Below the pieces are notes generated by a model that saw only the letters and a program-made list of their open reading frames with translations, made no database searches and was not told the origin of the DNA. The translations under genes were made by a program, and so were the position numbers. A stretch of DNA of 64,000 nt from Octopus sinensis. Its lineage: Eukaryota. Location of the stretch: contig NC_043003.1 in NCBI RefSeq assembly GCF_006345805.1, positions 55,428,001 to 55,492,000 on the forward strand, read 5' to 3'. Below are positions 13,417-27,056 of this stretch, piece after piece (position 1 is the stretch's first letter; each line of letters opens with the position of its first letter).

Positions 13417-13577
13417 AGGTCTAGGCGTGGGTCTATGGTAAGAAGATTGCTTCCCAACCACATACTCCAAGGTTCAGTCCATTTGCGCGGCTGCTTGGGC
13501 AAATGTTTTCTACTATGGCCTTCGCCCGGTCAAATCTTTGTGAGTGGATATGAGACGGAAATTGAAAAGCCCGTCGT
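13417..13577 (+). mobile_element. CORE-type SINE 5' half followed by (CA)n(TA)n
   Basis: GGTAAGAAGATTGCTTCCCAACCAC...GCTTGGGCAAATG...GAAAAGCCCGTCG. Confidence 0.85.
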
Positions 13578-13624
13578 ACACATACAAACACATACAATCA
13601 CACAGACACACACACAGACACACA

Positions 13625-13695
<71 letters not shown>

Positions 13696-13773
13696 TTGCG
13701 TCAGTGTATGCCTCTGTTTTTCCTATCATGTCACTATATAGTTTGTAAATAGTAAAACAGTTTCATATAATCC

Positions 13774-13878
13774 AGACCTGAAGAATGGCAGTGTAGTCGG
13801 ATCGATAAAGTATTGAATTTCGAGACCTTCTAACATAGCAATATCGATAAATTTATTGTCATGAAACGCGCGTAGTCT
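13774..13878 (+). ncRNA. Type I hammerhead ribozyme motif (PLE-like) with long stem II
   Basis: Stem I AGAC(13774-77)/GTCT(13875-78); core CTGAAGA(13778-84); stem II ATGGCAGT(13785-92)/ATTGTCAT(13855-62); GAAAC(13863-67); palindromic helix III ACGCGCGT; cleavage triplet GTA (A13874). Confidence 0.75.
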
Positions 13879-14066
13879 ATCTAATGTATATGAATCAGAT
13901 TTGTAATTGTAGGTATTAAGTTGATAATATTTAATATTATATAACTCTATCATAGATAACGTCGTTCAATGTTGATTGAGTTGCTTGAAGGTGGTTCTGT
14001 CTCTTAAACCAATCTATCTATCTATCTATATACATATACATATATATATATACATACATATATATA

Positions 14067-14106
<40 letters not shown>

Positions 14107-14181
14107 TGGGAAATTCGTTATAGTAACACTAAATCGAATTGCTCTCCCCTGTGGACTCGGAAATAAATTCCCTAATATTAA

Positions 14182-14255
<74 letters not shown>

Positions 14256-14277
14256 TGTGTGTGTGTGTGTGTGCCTA

Positions 14278-15358
14278 CAGGGTGCGTAAAATATTTGAGG
14301 ACAACCTTTTGGGGTCATTGATGCATTTCTTGCTAACTCTGAATAATCTTTGTTTCAGAAAATAATACTGATACGTCCTCAGCTTACTTAAGAAATAGAG
14401 GGGTATGCTGTTATTGCGTTTATAAACGCTGAGCAGAGCGATTTAGAAGCATCTCGGGTTTAAAAGTTGCCAGATCGAAAGATACTAAGTTTGTAAGGAG
14501 CTAGAGTCTGAAGATGGAAACATATCAATACTATCAAAGCATAAAAAGCATCCGAAGCACCCTGAAATAATCAGAACACCTGAATTTATCCATCAAGTTT
14601 AACAGAGCATTGGTTACAATCTCAGAAAATCTAGGAGATCAGTTGCAAATGATCTCCATCTGCCGAAAGGAACAGTCACAAATGTTTTCCTCGAAGACAT
14701 GAGATATAAGTTTAATATGATGAAGAAAGGTCAATTTATCAGAAAAAGCAAAAGAAATCACTACGTCAGATCTAAAAGGCTCTCAAACAAACTCAAACTT
14801 TCAGCAGAAGAAAATTTGATTTGAACTTTCGCAATCGGGAAAAACTTCGAACAAGATCAAAACGTTAACACAAGAAATGACAGAAGGTTTTGCGCAGACC
14901 CTTTTGAAGTTTCAAGTGTTATACATACAAAATTTGCTGCAACTGTCATGGTTTTAGGGGTTGTCAACTATGAATAACATGTGATGGTCTCCTAACTTAT
15001 TTTCACAAAGCCTTAGAGTTAAATCTACCGTCAATAATTGTTAAACCATGGATATACAGTGTATTCAATGAAAGGCCATGGCTCTAATAACTGGAATAGA
15101 TGGCTGAAAATTTCATGAAAATATAACCCCTAACATTTGGCCACTCACTTCACCAGATGTCAATCCCTTGGACTGTTACATGTGGAGCGTTGTTGAGAGA
15201 GAGGTCAATGAACACCCCCATAACACCAAAGATTCTTGAAAGCTGCCATGGTCAGAGTAATGAGCAGAATGAACCAGAACCACTTGATTCGAACATGTAG
15301 ATTATTTCGATCTCATATAGAAGCAGTTGTTGAAGCTGAAAGTGGCTTTATTGAATAA
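14278..15358 (+). pseudogene. Tc1/mariner-superfamily maT (DD37D-like) transposase relic
   Basis: Begins TA+CAGGGTG. Translation has FEQDQNVNTRNDRR..HTKFAATVMVLGVV..VKPWI..WPLTSPDVNPLDCYMWSVVE..FRSHIEAVVEAESGFIE*. Right TIR not seen. Confidence 0.85.
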
Positions 15359-17449
15359 CATTTTGAAAAAGATTATATATATATATATGAAGAGAGAGAC
15401 AGAGTAATCAACAAGACAGCGCAGAGATGGGTATTTGATATATGAGGTTAACATATATTTCAACAGCTGCATAACAGTCAATGCCTGCTATTAAAACTAT
15501 CAAAATAATTCAAAATGATTCAAAATCTCTTCAAGCTGTTTGAATTCAAAAATCTGTATAACTCGCTAAATTGTGCACCTGCTTCACATAACATGAGATT
15601 TGATTTGAGCACAAAAGAATGCTGTCACTATTTCCGTTTCTGTTATGAGAAAAATTATGTAAAGCGGTATTGCATTTTCATCTTAACATCAATTTTGGCA
15701 ACGTGTTGATGACTTGTGCAGGAATTCAAAATTAGTTAATTCCAGTGACATTTCAATCTGTTAAAATACAATTAAAGATATTTTCAAAGATACAGGTGAA
15801 GTATCAGAGATAAATGTTAAAGATGGAGTATTACTCAAACTGTGGAAACACAGATTACGCTCAAATATGTAGAGAAATAAATGTGAGAAAGAAAGAAATG
15901 ACTTTGGTATTTCCCATTGAGGAAAGGTCAAATACCAGAGACGACCATCTAGGAATCTTCTAGAAGGAAGCACTGGGTAGATATGATGTCTTTGCACCCT
16001 CTGCCCTGGGCAGTGAATTAGCCCTTAGAAATTAAAAGATGGCCCAAAATTTATTCTAACTGACTTAGAATTTGTGTGTGTAGACATATGTAGATTATAG
16101 CGTATGAACATGGGTGCATCTGTGTGTTTGTGTCACTGTGCGTGCGCATGCGCATGTGTGTGCGTGTGGTTACGAATATATAAATGAAAATGAGATTGCA
16201 TAAATTTCCTCTGAGACACTGTATATGGATCCTCCGAAAATGTCTTTATAAGTTAATGTGCTCCTTGGTTTCAAGAGTCTGTAAAAAAAATCCTGTTACT
16301 TTCATTTACATCCAGTACTATAACTAATGATTATAATTTCGTTCCCTCCTTATTCTCGGTTATTATTGATTATCAATTTCTTAGCATTCGTGTATAAACA
16401 CAAACAAACACAAACACCCATAATTATATTGTATAATATTATATTCGTCTCCTGATAGCCAAATTTAGCAAATGGATTCATGCTATAAATAGGGAAATCG
16501 AATCCTGAAATTATCAGAAATATTTATATATATATACGTATTTATGTATGTATTTATATATATATATATATCAACGCCTTGTGTGGGGTTCAATCTTATA
16601 GTCATTCCTCACTTCCTGCAGAGGTTAGACATTGATGTTCCTAAATGTACTAGATTTAATAACAGCTATTCATTCAATACCCAAGAGAGACGCAATGTTG
16701 TTACTTTGTCGAAACATTAGGATATCGAGCGATATCTAGTAGAGGGTGCTAGAAATCTGCAGTTGACGGACATGCAGGCTTTGCTTCATAAGAAAATTAT
16801 TATATTGAAGAATGTCTCTCTCTCCGCTTCATCTGTCATACTGAAAGAAAGTTTTTCTTCTGCTGCCCTCCTGAATGTAGATACACATAAGAGAACTTCT
16901 TGGCTCTAATATTACGATTAAACATTGGTTATTTTGCCATCGTTTCATTTTTTCAGGATCGATACATCAAGAACGCTTGAGGACTGGAGTAAGCAATCGA
17001 ACAGCCCATTCTTATAAAATTTTAGGATTCTTGCTTATAGTAGGAAGTATTATAAACTTTTCATTACCAACAGCGACTATGGCACTGCATTCGTTTACAG
17101 TTTTAAACCTTTAAATCAGCTCAAGGTTTACTTCTGAAATATTTTGTGTTGGTTATGTTTTGAAAAGGTTTTTTTCTATTTGATCGTTAGTTAGTACCTG
17201 TTTCTTTTTATGAATATAATATAACTATATTACTATAAACCCAGATGGCTCTCCTAGCTACCTATATATGCACACTTAAACAGAAACAGTATACATATGC
17301 TCACCCACGACATACACACATGCACAAACATGCGTACTCACATATGTTTATAGAGATATATGTATGTGTCCGCGTGCGTGTGTGTGTGTACGTATGTATG
17401 CATGTTTATGTATATTTGGAAGGAGTGCGTGACGGAACCCATCAGAACT

Positions 17450-19555
17450 AAAAAGAAGATCTGTTCAAACAAGAGCAACTGAAAATTTCTCTTGTCCCTC
17501 ACCTCAACAAATTAAGACCACAACGGTGGATCAAGCAGAGTAAGTTGGATCTCCGAACCCAACAGTTGAACCTAGCGGAACAGAGCAATTCCAGACGGAC
17601 TTGCTAGAAAGGTAAAACTCTAATGACATTGGCGCTAGCGGCATTGTGTGGCAGCCTGCCTTCCGGACCTCGCATGTAAATCGAGGCAGTGCCGCGGCAG
17701 AAAGATTTTAGAAGATAGCGCATCGGGACTTCCTTGGCAAGATCTCGACCCTAAACAAACTCCCGCAATTGGCTGGTTTGTTTTTGATCTACCCCCTATT
17801 TTAATAAAAGCCCATCGGCGATGGGATAAGGAAGGTGGGAGAAGGTTTTGGTGAAACTAGAAGTTTCTAATCCGGGCCTTCGCGTTGCCGGTAGATGCAA
17901 GATGATCGCTTTCCTGGGGCCTGGTGACAACCTAAGGACACTCTCCTACATCTGCGACTGGTAAGTCCTATTTGGGAAGACGCTGCTCACCATGAATGGG
18001 GAAGGTCCTAGAAAAGGTGGGCTAAATATCGGATATCACCACAGAATTTTGGTTGGTAAGCCACGTCCAGCAGGACACCTATCTAAGCGGTCGAATAACA
18101 ACAGAAGCTAAATTAAATAAACGCTCTTTGATCCTCAAAGCACAGAGAGACCAGAACGTAGAACAGCTTCTGTCTCCAAATAACTAGCGAGATTTAACAT
18201 CGATATAGCTGTCCTCAATGAAACACGTCTATCCGGGGAAGAAAAGCCGAAAAAGATAGCTTCGGGTTATATACCTTCTTCTGAAAAGGGAAAGAAGCAG
18301 GAGAGGGAAAAGTTTACGGAGTCGTTTTTGCAGTAAAATCCAAGCTTGTGGAGGAACACCATTTGAAACCTTCTGCCAGCAATGAACGGGTTATGACTCT
18401 CCGAATACCGATCTCTGCCACCACCTTTATGACACTGATATTTGCTTATGTACATACACTTGATGCCGATGATAACAGGAAAATACCTTCTATCAGCAGC
18501 CGAGTGACCTGATACTCAATGAATCACCAAATGAAAAGATCTTTCTCCCTCAGGATTTCAATTCAAGAGTCGGGAGGGACAACATACTACGGGAGAATGC
18601 TATTAACAAAGAAGGAGTCGGAAATTGCATTGAAAATGGACCTTTGCTCCTTGTGCTGTGCGCTGAACACGCTCCCTTCATCATCAACACCTAATTTCAA
18701 CTCACAAATCGCTTAAAGACCACTTGTAAGTAACCCAGATCTAAACACTGGTCCCCTCCTGGACTGGAGAAAGTTAACCACTTTTCATACTTAGGAAGTT
18801 TGCTTTCTGATAAATGTGCATCGGAAAAGGATGTGGTGAGCCGATTAAGAACGGCTCATACCGCGTTTGGTGGACTTGAGAAAAGGGTTTTTAAGAACAA
18901 AGATCTGAACCACAAAACAAAATTATGTGTCTACCGAGTAGTCGTGATCTCCACTATCCTCTACGATTGTGAAATCTTGACTCTTTCCAGAGGTGACGTC
19001 CATAGACTAGAGCGATTTCACCAACGGAAGCTCCGCTCTGTTATGAATGCTAAATGGGACGACCGTGTGACCGATTTCTCCGTTTTGGAGAGAACGAAAA
19101 GCAGCAACACCGAGTCCACCATCCTGAAACATCGACTGAGATAGGCTGGCCACGTAGCAAGAGTGAAAGAAACCAGGCTGCCGGGTCAAATTTTATATGG
19201 TGAGCCTTCCATTAGAAGAAGACTCCATGGCCAGCCCCGCCTTCGATATAAAGATCAGCTGAAGCAGGGTCTAAAACTGACAGGGCCTGCTCGCATCTTT
19301 CCATCTCCAGTGTGACAGATTATTTTGAAGCTGAACGATAGAAGAAAGACGAAGAGAAATAAGAAAGAAAAGGGAGGCTGCATCAACCAAAGTCCCCCCC
19401 CCCCAGAGATCCCTTGTGAACTTTGCAACAGAAACTTCCATACAAGTATCAGACTCATTAGTCATCAGAGGCGCAAACACGGTCAGAGGGGAAGAAATGA
19501 TCAAGAAGAAACCAAATAAATAATCAGACACACTACAAAACGCCGCCGCCGACAC
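17450..19555 (+). mobile_element. RTE (BovB-like) LINE with 5' UTR, APE and C-terminus but RT core deleted
   Basis: APE motifs LARFNIDIAVLNETRL..GYTFF..DFNSRVG..PRSKHW, joined at ~18764 to LEKVNHFSYLGS..KTKLCVYRVVVISTILY..LERFHQRKLR..AGHVAR, then C2H2 finger CELCNRNFHTSIRLISHQRRKH (19325-19519). Confidence 0.9.
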
Positions 19556-20439
19556 ATATATATGTGTGCGTGCGTATGTCTGCGTGTGTATATGTGTGTG
19601 TGTGTGTGTGCATCTTTATGTGTATTTCGATATATGCAAATCTACCCACACATACGCATTATGCACATATGATTCATATATTTATACATAAAATATGTGT
19701 AGATATGTATATCCTCTGTGTACGTCTCTATGTGTATGTGTTTGTGTGTGCTTGTGTGTACTTGAGTATGCTTGTGTGTATGTGTGTGTGTGTGTGTACT
19801 TGAGTATGCTTGTGTGTGTGTGTGTACTTGAGTATGCTTGTGTGTGTGTGTGTGTGTGGTTTGTGTGTGTGAGAGTGAGCGAACGATAGACAGACGAAGA
19901 GAGTGAATGAAAAATTCCATACGCTCTTGGGAGAGAATGTGTTTTATTCGTCTTTGAATAAGGGATTGTGAGCCAAGAGTGACTGTGTGTGAGTCTGTAT
20001 GTGTATGTGTCTTTCCCTATAAGTATCGAAGATTTGTAAACGCATTCTCCATAGCCGCATTTTATATCATTTTAGCAAAAATCCCACACGTCTATTCTGA
20101 GTAAATACTACAGACCACCTGAGATATCACCTATGTTGAGAATATTACCTATGTTGCAACTTTTCATGGTTTCTTTATAAACATCCTAAACTAAGCCTAG
20201 ATCTGACGTGTCTGGGCACAAACACATGCAAATACACACATATGACTTAACGTCTAGATAAAGAAATTGTTTATGCATACGGTTCCTCTATCTGCCTTCA
20301 TCAGTGCTTGGAATTATACGTAAAATCAAAATTATTCTGAAGCATGCTTAAACATATATAAGCTACTGTTCTTCGAACACCTACATAAAAAAAAAAATCA
20401 TATATAAGAATATATATTCTGTTATTCTTTTATAACTGC

Positions 20440-20670
20440 TGGTGCAGTGCTTCTTAGTCGGTGAAATTGACCCCTGGACTTATTCTAAACCTGGTACTTA
20501 TTCTACAAGTGTCTTCTGCAGAACCACTAAGTTACAGCGACCTAAACACGCCAACACCGGTCGTGAAGCGATGGCAGTGGTGGTGGTGATGATGCGGGAC
20601 AAACACAGACGCACAAACATAGACATACGTATACAAATATACGACGGGCTTCTTTCAATTTCCGTTTCAA
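20440..20670 (-). mobile_element. CORE-type SINE, partial
   Basis: Reverse complement of the 3' module plus the junction ACGACGGGCTTCTTTCA. Confidence 0.75.
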
Positions 20671-20697
20671 TATATAATACATATATAGGTATATATG

Positions 20698-20751
<54 letters not shown>

Positions 20752-20872
20752 ATGTGTGTGTGATATGTGTGTATATTATTTTATTTGTTTCAAACACGGA
20801 CGCACAAACATGTCTATGGGTGTGTCGTACCGAAGAGACGCCCATAGTATATATACATACATACATAAACAC

Positions 20873-20903
<31 letters not shown>

Positions 20904-20915
20904 CATATATATATT

Positions 20916-21070
20916 TAGCACCACATTTAGTCGAATTACTCTTTGTTTTTTTATACTTTGTTAGACTAGTACTTATTCTATCGTATTCTTTTGCCGGAGC
21001 GCTAAATTATGGGGACGTAAGCACACACCATCAGTTCGCAAGCGATGATGGGTAGATAAATATAGTCACA
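20916..21070 (-). mobile_element. CORE-type SINE 3' module
   Basis: TAGTACTTATTCTATCG..TTTTGCCG..GGGGACGTAA..CACACC, the reverse complement of the family 3' module. Confidence 0.75.
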
Positions 21071-21159
21071 CAAGCATATATGTATATATGTAGGTATATA
21101 TATATATGTATGTATATATATATATGTATAATATATATATGTATATATGCGTGTGTTTT

Positions 21160-21365
21160 GTGTGTCTGTGTTTGTCCCCTAGCATTGCTTGACAACCGAT
21201 GCTGGTGTGTTTATGTCCCCGTCACTTAGCGGTTCGGCAGAAGAGACCGATAGAATAAGTACTGGGCTTACAAAAGAATAAGTCCCGGGGTCGAGTTGCT
21301 TGATTAAAGGCGGTGCTCCGGCATGGCCGCAGTCAAATGACTGAAACAAAAGAGTAAAAGAGTAA
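21160..21365 (+). mobile_element. CORE-type SINE 3' module with (AAAGAGT)n-like tail
   Basis: CTTGACAACCGATGCTGGTGTG..GGCGGTGCTCCGGCATGGCCGCAGTCAAATGACTGAAAC..AAAAGAGTAAAAGAGTA. Confidence 0.9.
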
Positions 21366-21459
21366 ATACATACATAGAGAGATAGATAAATAGATAGAAA
21401 TACACACAAGTGTGTGCGTGTATTTATATATGTACTTATGTATGTACATTTATTATATA

Positions 21460-21522
<63 letters not shown>

Positions 21523-21538
21523 AGATAGATACACACAC

Positions 21539-21571
<33 letters not shown>

Positions 21572-22411
21572 ATGAATTTGTGTGTGTATATATATAGAGA
21601 GATAGATAGATAGGTAGATAGATAGATAGATAGTCGTATATGAGCTTTCACACAAGGTGCCTGTATATGTATGTGTGCGCCTCAGCCCTGATCGTGTGTG
21701 CGTATACGTGTATTTCTTGTAGTTCCCTTCGCCGAAATGGTATTATTCTGTTAATGCCATTTATTTGTTTTGGCATGAAAGTAGAAATACAAAACCACAA
21801 TTTGTTTACATTTTTTAGTTTGTTTTTATATTTTATGATATTATTATTTTTATTTTTATCTTCCAATTTTATTATTATTATTTGCATTAATGCTCCTCTC
21901 TACGTTTGTTGATATTACTAGCATTATCCATGTTATTATAGTTGTTGCTGTTGCTGGAGTGTTTTGCAGTATGTTAGGTGTGACATAGCCGTATGAATGC
22001 AATAAGTATTCTCTGCTATTCCAGACCGTTCTGATGTGTTAGTCAATTGTTTTGGATGTCTTTACACAACAGTGCAATTCACTGGAATTGAAAGAATAAC
22101 AACAGGAACGGCAACGCTATCAAACATAATAGGAACAACGAAGGGAAAATCTGAGGATGCGGGAGAAAAGCTTTTGATTACAAAGCATATAATCCTCATT
22201 GTAGATATTATGCTCGCACGCATGCGCATACATACACAGAGAGACACACACATACATACACACACACGTACACACATACTCTCTCTGAATCATTCAACAA
22301 CACGCAGAATCATGTGATTTTTAGTATTTTACAGTTACATAGAAACGTAAATGCATATTATATATATATATGTGTGTGTGTGTGTATGTGTGTGTGTGTG
22401 TGCGCGTATAT

Positions 22412-22445
<34 letters not shown>

Positions 22446-22559
22446 GATAGATAGATAGATTGATCGATAGATAGATAGATACATAGATACAGAGTTAGAT
22501 ACAGAGATAGTAAGTTAGGAAGGAAGATCGATCGATAAGTAGATAGATAGGTACGTAGG

Positions 22560-22679
<120 letters not shown>

Positions 22680-23194
22680 AATCAATTACTTAATATCGTG
22701 CATGCAATACATATTTATGTATATATACATCGTGTGTTTGTATTCGTTTATGTATGTGTATGAGTATATATCGATACATGAATTGTGAGATATTAAATGC
22801 GTTCATACTTATCCCTGTTTATATGTGTAAGTTCGTGTCAACATGCATGGAAATTAGGTTTTATATTTAGAAATTTTAATCAGTAGAGGAACACATCTCC
22901 AACATTCTACACAGGTACTTAGAAGTTAAATGATATAAAATTTAACTTTATTAATAGTTCACGAAGCTATATTATTTATTAACAGATTCCGCTGATTCGT
23001 CACGCGCATACATATATCTGTATAAACCAATGTGAGTACGTACGTGCATATAATAAAAACGAGGTGTCTCATGACATCATTATTAGAGGGAGAAATAATA
23101 TTTGTGATGCATTCTATTCTGCCACTCATTTCTACATCAACGTAAGCATGTACATCATACATACATACACGCACAGAAACACTTATAACATTCA

Positions 23195-23330
23195 TGTGTA
23201 TGAACAACAACATGTGTATTAGTTTGACGCTCGAGAAGGAGAAAAAAGTATTTTATGTTTCAAGCCTACGCCCTTGAACAGAAAAGAATAAGAGAAAATA
23301 AAAGAGGAAGAAAAAAATAAACTGGTAGAT
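23195..23330 (-). mobile_element. PLE-terminus-like repeat with degenerate hammerhead (family of 60866-61070)
   Basis: TTTTATGTTTCAAGCCTACGCCCTTGAACAGAAAAG (23251-86) aligns to 60963-61000; upstream GTATTAGTTTGACGCTC aligns to GTATTAGTATGGTGCTC. Confidence 0.65.
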
Positions 23331-23565
23331 TTGCTACCAAGCATGGCGACTAATTACAAACAAAAGTTTGATCGAAGAGGTTGAAATGAGGGGAGATAAT
23401 AAAGTATTAGTGATCCCAAAATGAAAATGCACGTGCGTTTGTGTGTATGCGAGAATGTGTAAGTCCAGGTGGAGAGGGTGCCAGTGATTTTGACGTGTCT
23501 GGGTGTGTGCGTATGTAAGTGTGTGTGCATGTGTGTGCGTATGTGTGTAAGTATATATATATATA

Positions 23566-23645
<80 letters not shown>

Positions 23646-23658
23646 TATATATACATAT

Positions 23659-23879
23659 AAGGCGAGCTGGCAGAAACGTTAGCACGCCGGGCGAAATACG
23701 TAGCCGTATTTCGTCTGTCGTTACGTTGTGAGTTCAAATTCTGCCGAGGTAGACTTTGCCTTTCATCCTTTCGGGGTCGATAAATAAAGTACCAGTTACG
23801 CACTCGGGTCGATGTAATCGACTTAATCCGTTTGTCTGTCCCCTTCTATGTTTAACCTCTTCTGTGCAATAAAGAAATA
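23659..23879 (+). mobile_element. Nin/Deu-type SINE, full length, LINE-like tail
   Basis: GGCGAGCTGGCAGAAACG (A-box-like), GAGTTCAAATTC (B-box-like), CCTTTCATCCTTTCGGGGTCGATAAA core, tail ..GCAATAAAGAAATA. Confidence 0.92.
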
Positions 23880-23936
23880 CATATATATATATGTATGTAC
23901 CTTTCTATATACATATACATACATATATAGATACCT

Positions 23937-23974
<38 letters not shown>

Positions 23975-24794
23975 GTGTGTAAGTATGTATGTATGTATAT
24001 ATATACATATATACACACAGGTATACTTAGTGTAATAATGATAACACCATCCATCGCAGAAATCATAAGCTAGCTGGTCCAACTCCGAGCAGCAGACGAA
24101 AGGCTCGTGTAGCCTAGAGTGTAGCATTCACCCCCAGCCGTCCAAGTCATAGTTGGGATACTGTCAATTCCTCCCGTCTTTCCACCTTTCATTTACTGTT
24201 GGCTTAAGTTGTCTCTGCGAGGGAATGAACTTAGTCTTAATCTGACTTCAAGGTTTGTTGCGGGATACGCAGCAACATTGAGTCTTCGACACAATGTCTG
24301 TATGCGTGTACATTTGTGTACGAATAAGGGATGGGTTTACAGAGTCTATATGTATGAAATTTATTTATACCTTATTAGTTATTTCTAGACTACTGCACAA
24401 AACAGTGATGTTGAATACAGATTGTTGTTGTTGTGTAGCCAACCTTTTAACCATCCAGCAAATATTACTTTTATGATCGGGTAGCTTTGTGTAAAAAATA
24501 TCAGCTTCAACAAATAACATTTCCTTTATACTGGAACGAGACAACAGAATATCCCCTATCTTCTCACTCAGACTGTTAAAAATTGCAGTGATGTCGTCCT
24601 AACAGCATCTTTTGCCTTCTCTACTTGAGTCACATTAGATAATGTAATTCTAGATAATCTAATATATAAGGTGGCCCCAATGCAACACCTTAAGTAATTG
24701 ATCTGCTCAAAAGGTAGACGGGTTCGACGATCATCCATCAAATCAAATGTAGTACCGCAAAATATTATTTCTAAATTCACCATCTCAATACAAT

Positions 24795-24955
24795 ATTGAT
24801 TTCAAATTTGGGCTCAAGACCAGCAATTATCGAGGAGGAGAGGGACTAAATTGATTACATCGATCCAAGTGCTCAGCTAGTCCTTATTAGGATGAGGGTT
24901 AAGGTCGATCTCGGCAACATTTTAACTGATGACGTAAAGACGGATGAAATTTCTC
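24795..24955 (-). mobile_element. Nin/Deu-type SINE, older tail variant, degraded
   Basis: TTTCAAATTTGGGCTCAAGACCAGCAA..GATTACATCGATCC..GGATGAGGG..AGGTCGATCTCGGC. Confidence 0.65.
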
Positions 24956-26781
24956 TTCCATTTTCTCTGATGTGCTATTAGTATCAGAAAGCAAAATATG
25001 AGGGTGCAAAATACACTCATGTGTTTGGCTAAGTCTATTTTTAATCTCTGGTCAAATGCTGTTGATGTCAAGCCAGCAATTTGTCATTCTGGGATAATAT
25101 AGTAACAGTGGAGAACTTGGCTTTTCTCCATTGACCATATCCACGCCCAGTTTATGAAGTCTTGTGCTTTATGTGGTTTATTCGACGGTTGGTGGAATAA
25201 CTGCACCCCACCCAATCAATATTTCCCATAAATCAATATTTATGGGACGAGAACACGATGAGAGGCGGAAGTAGTGAAACACCAGAAATAATACCTAGTG
25301 TAATTTATTTGCTCCTGGTTCCGTTAATACTCTACCAAGATCGACAATATTTTAAAACTATTCCCGTGATCGTTCAAGGTTTAGCTTAAGTACCTCAGTT
25401 GGGTTAATTAATTTGAACACTTCTGCAATAAATGTTAACGGTTTCATTGTAATCATTCAATATCTACAAGAGGAAATAATGATTGATGATAGAATCAGAA
25501 GTAAACCTGGCGGAATTTTGTTACATCAATTTTCGATCTAATTGCAATTCCTGCTGACGTCGACTTTGCCTTATAATATCCCACCGGGGTCCATACAATA
25601 AACATAATTCAAATACTGGAATCAATAATTTATCACAACTGAATACTTCCTTGAATATTTCTCCCCAACTTTGTCGATGTAATTAAATCAATATTGATTT
25701 TAAATATCATAAATGTAGAGGCCTCACAATTAACAGGCCTTTGGGTTCAATTTCGATATACAGCAGCAAAGTAACATGACCAAAGGCCTTCTATCATAGT
25801 CTCGGGTTGGTCAGAGCCCTGTAAGTGGAATTTGTAGACAGAAGGGCTCGGTGGATTCGGTGTGACACTTTCAGTTCTAGATTCGTAGACTTATCCTGTT
25901 GTCTGTGTTAATACTCAGCTTATCCCAAGTCTAACTTTATCAGATCATACTACTTACAGAACTCGGATCAACATTCCACTATGTAGAAACAATACCTTCC
26001 TCTCCCTACCTATGCCCAGCATCATATAAACGATTATGAACTTTAATCTTGCTGTGACGAAAACGATCTGGCTGTGACCAAAACGAAGCAAATATATACC
26101 TGGTTTGAGGTTTGATACATCATTTCTTTCCTTTTGCTGTATAGACAAATTGGGTGTCAGACGATCCGAAAACAGAGGCCATTAAAAGAGGCCCAACATT
26201 TAACAAAGACTAGTTGAATGTCCCTCAGATCCCAAGTGTACTTCCCGAAGAAGAGTACAATACATTGGATAATGCATACCCAGGTATCCTGAAGAGACAA
26301 GACACTTCGACATAACGGCTTTGACTATCAAACTTCTTAATCACAATTCACACGGGTTGGATAATTACAACAATAACGTCTACGGTCACAACTGAAACAA
26401 GAAGACTTGGCATAGTCAAGCGTCATATTAAATATAGCCACCAGTTCTCTCTTAAACTGTGTCTTATTGTATGTAGACGTGGTTGTCAGTGCTATGCTTT
26501 CACATCAAACCATCTCGATCTGAGGTAACTTAGGACTAAACAGCAATAGAGGTAAACTATAAGGAATGAATTAAAGACCGATTCAACCATCACCACCACC
26601 AATATTTGGATGAAAATTCCAGGCCTTTAGCACAAATCATCAATTGATATTTCTGTAAAAAGAACAAATTATCACGATTTGCAATTCCTCATAAATGAAA
26701 CGTTTTATGTTGACGGCAGCAAGCCAATACATTTTTTAAACCAAAATTTACATTTGATATATTTGTTATTGATTTCAAATA

Positions 26782-27021
26782 TAACTCTTTTACTCTTACT
26801 CTTTTACTTATTTCAATCATTTGACTGCGGCCATGCTAGAGCACCGCCTTTAGTCGAGCAAATCGACACCAGGACTTATTCTTTTTAAGCCTAGTAATTA
26901 TTCTATCGGTCAATTTTGCTGTCTAAGTTACGGTGACGTAAACACACCAACATCGGTTGTTAAGCGACGTTGGGGGGGGGAACACACACAGACATGCACA
27001 CACACACACACACACACACAT

Positions 27022-27056
<35 letters not shown>

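Noticed and set aside
20272-20310. Minus-strand CTGATGAA..GGAACCGTATGC hammerhead relic
   Set aside because: GAAA core broken and stem II unpaired; too degenerate to call.
24925-24958. CTGATGACGTAAAGACGGATGAAA
   Set aside because: Mutated part of a Nin-type SINE head; spacing wrong for a hammerhead.
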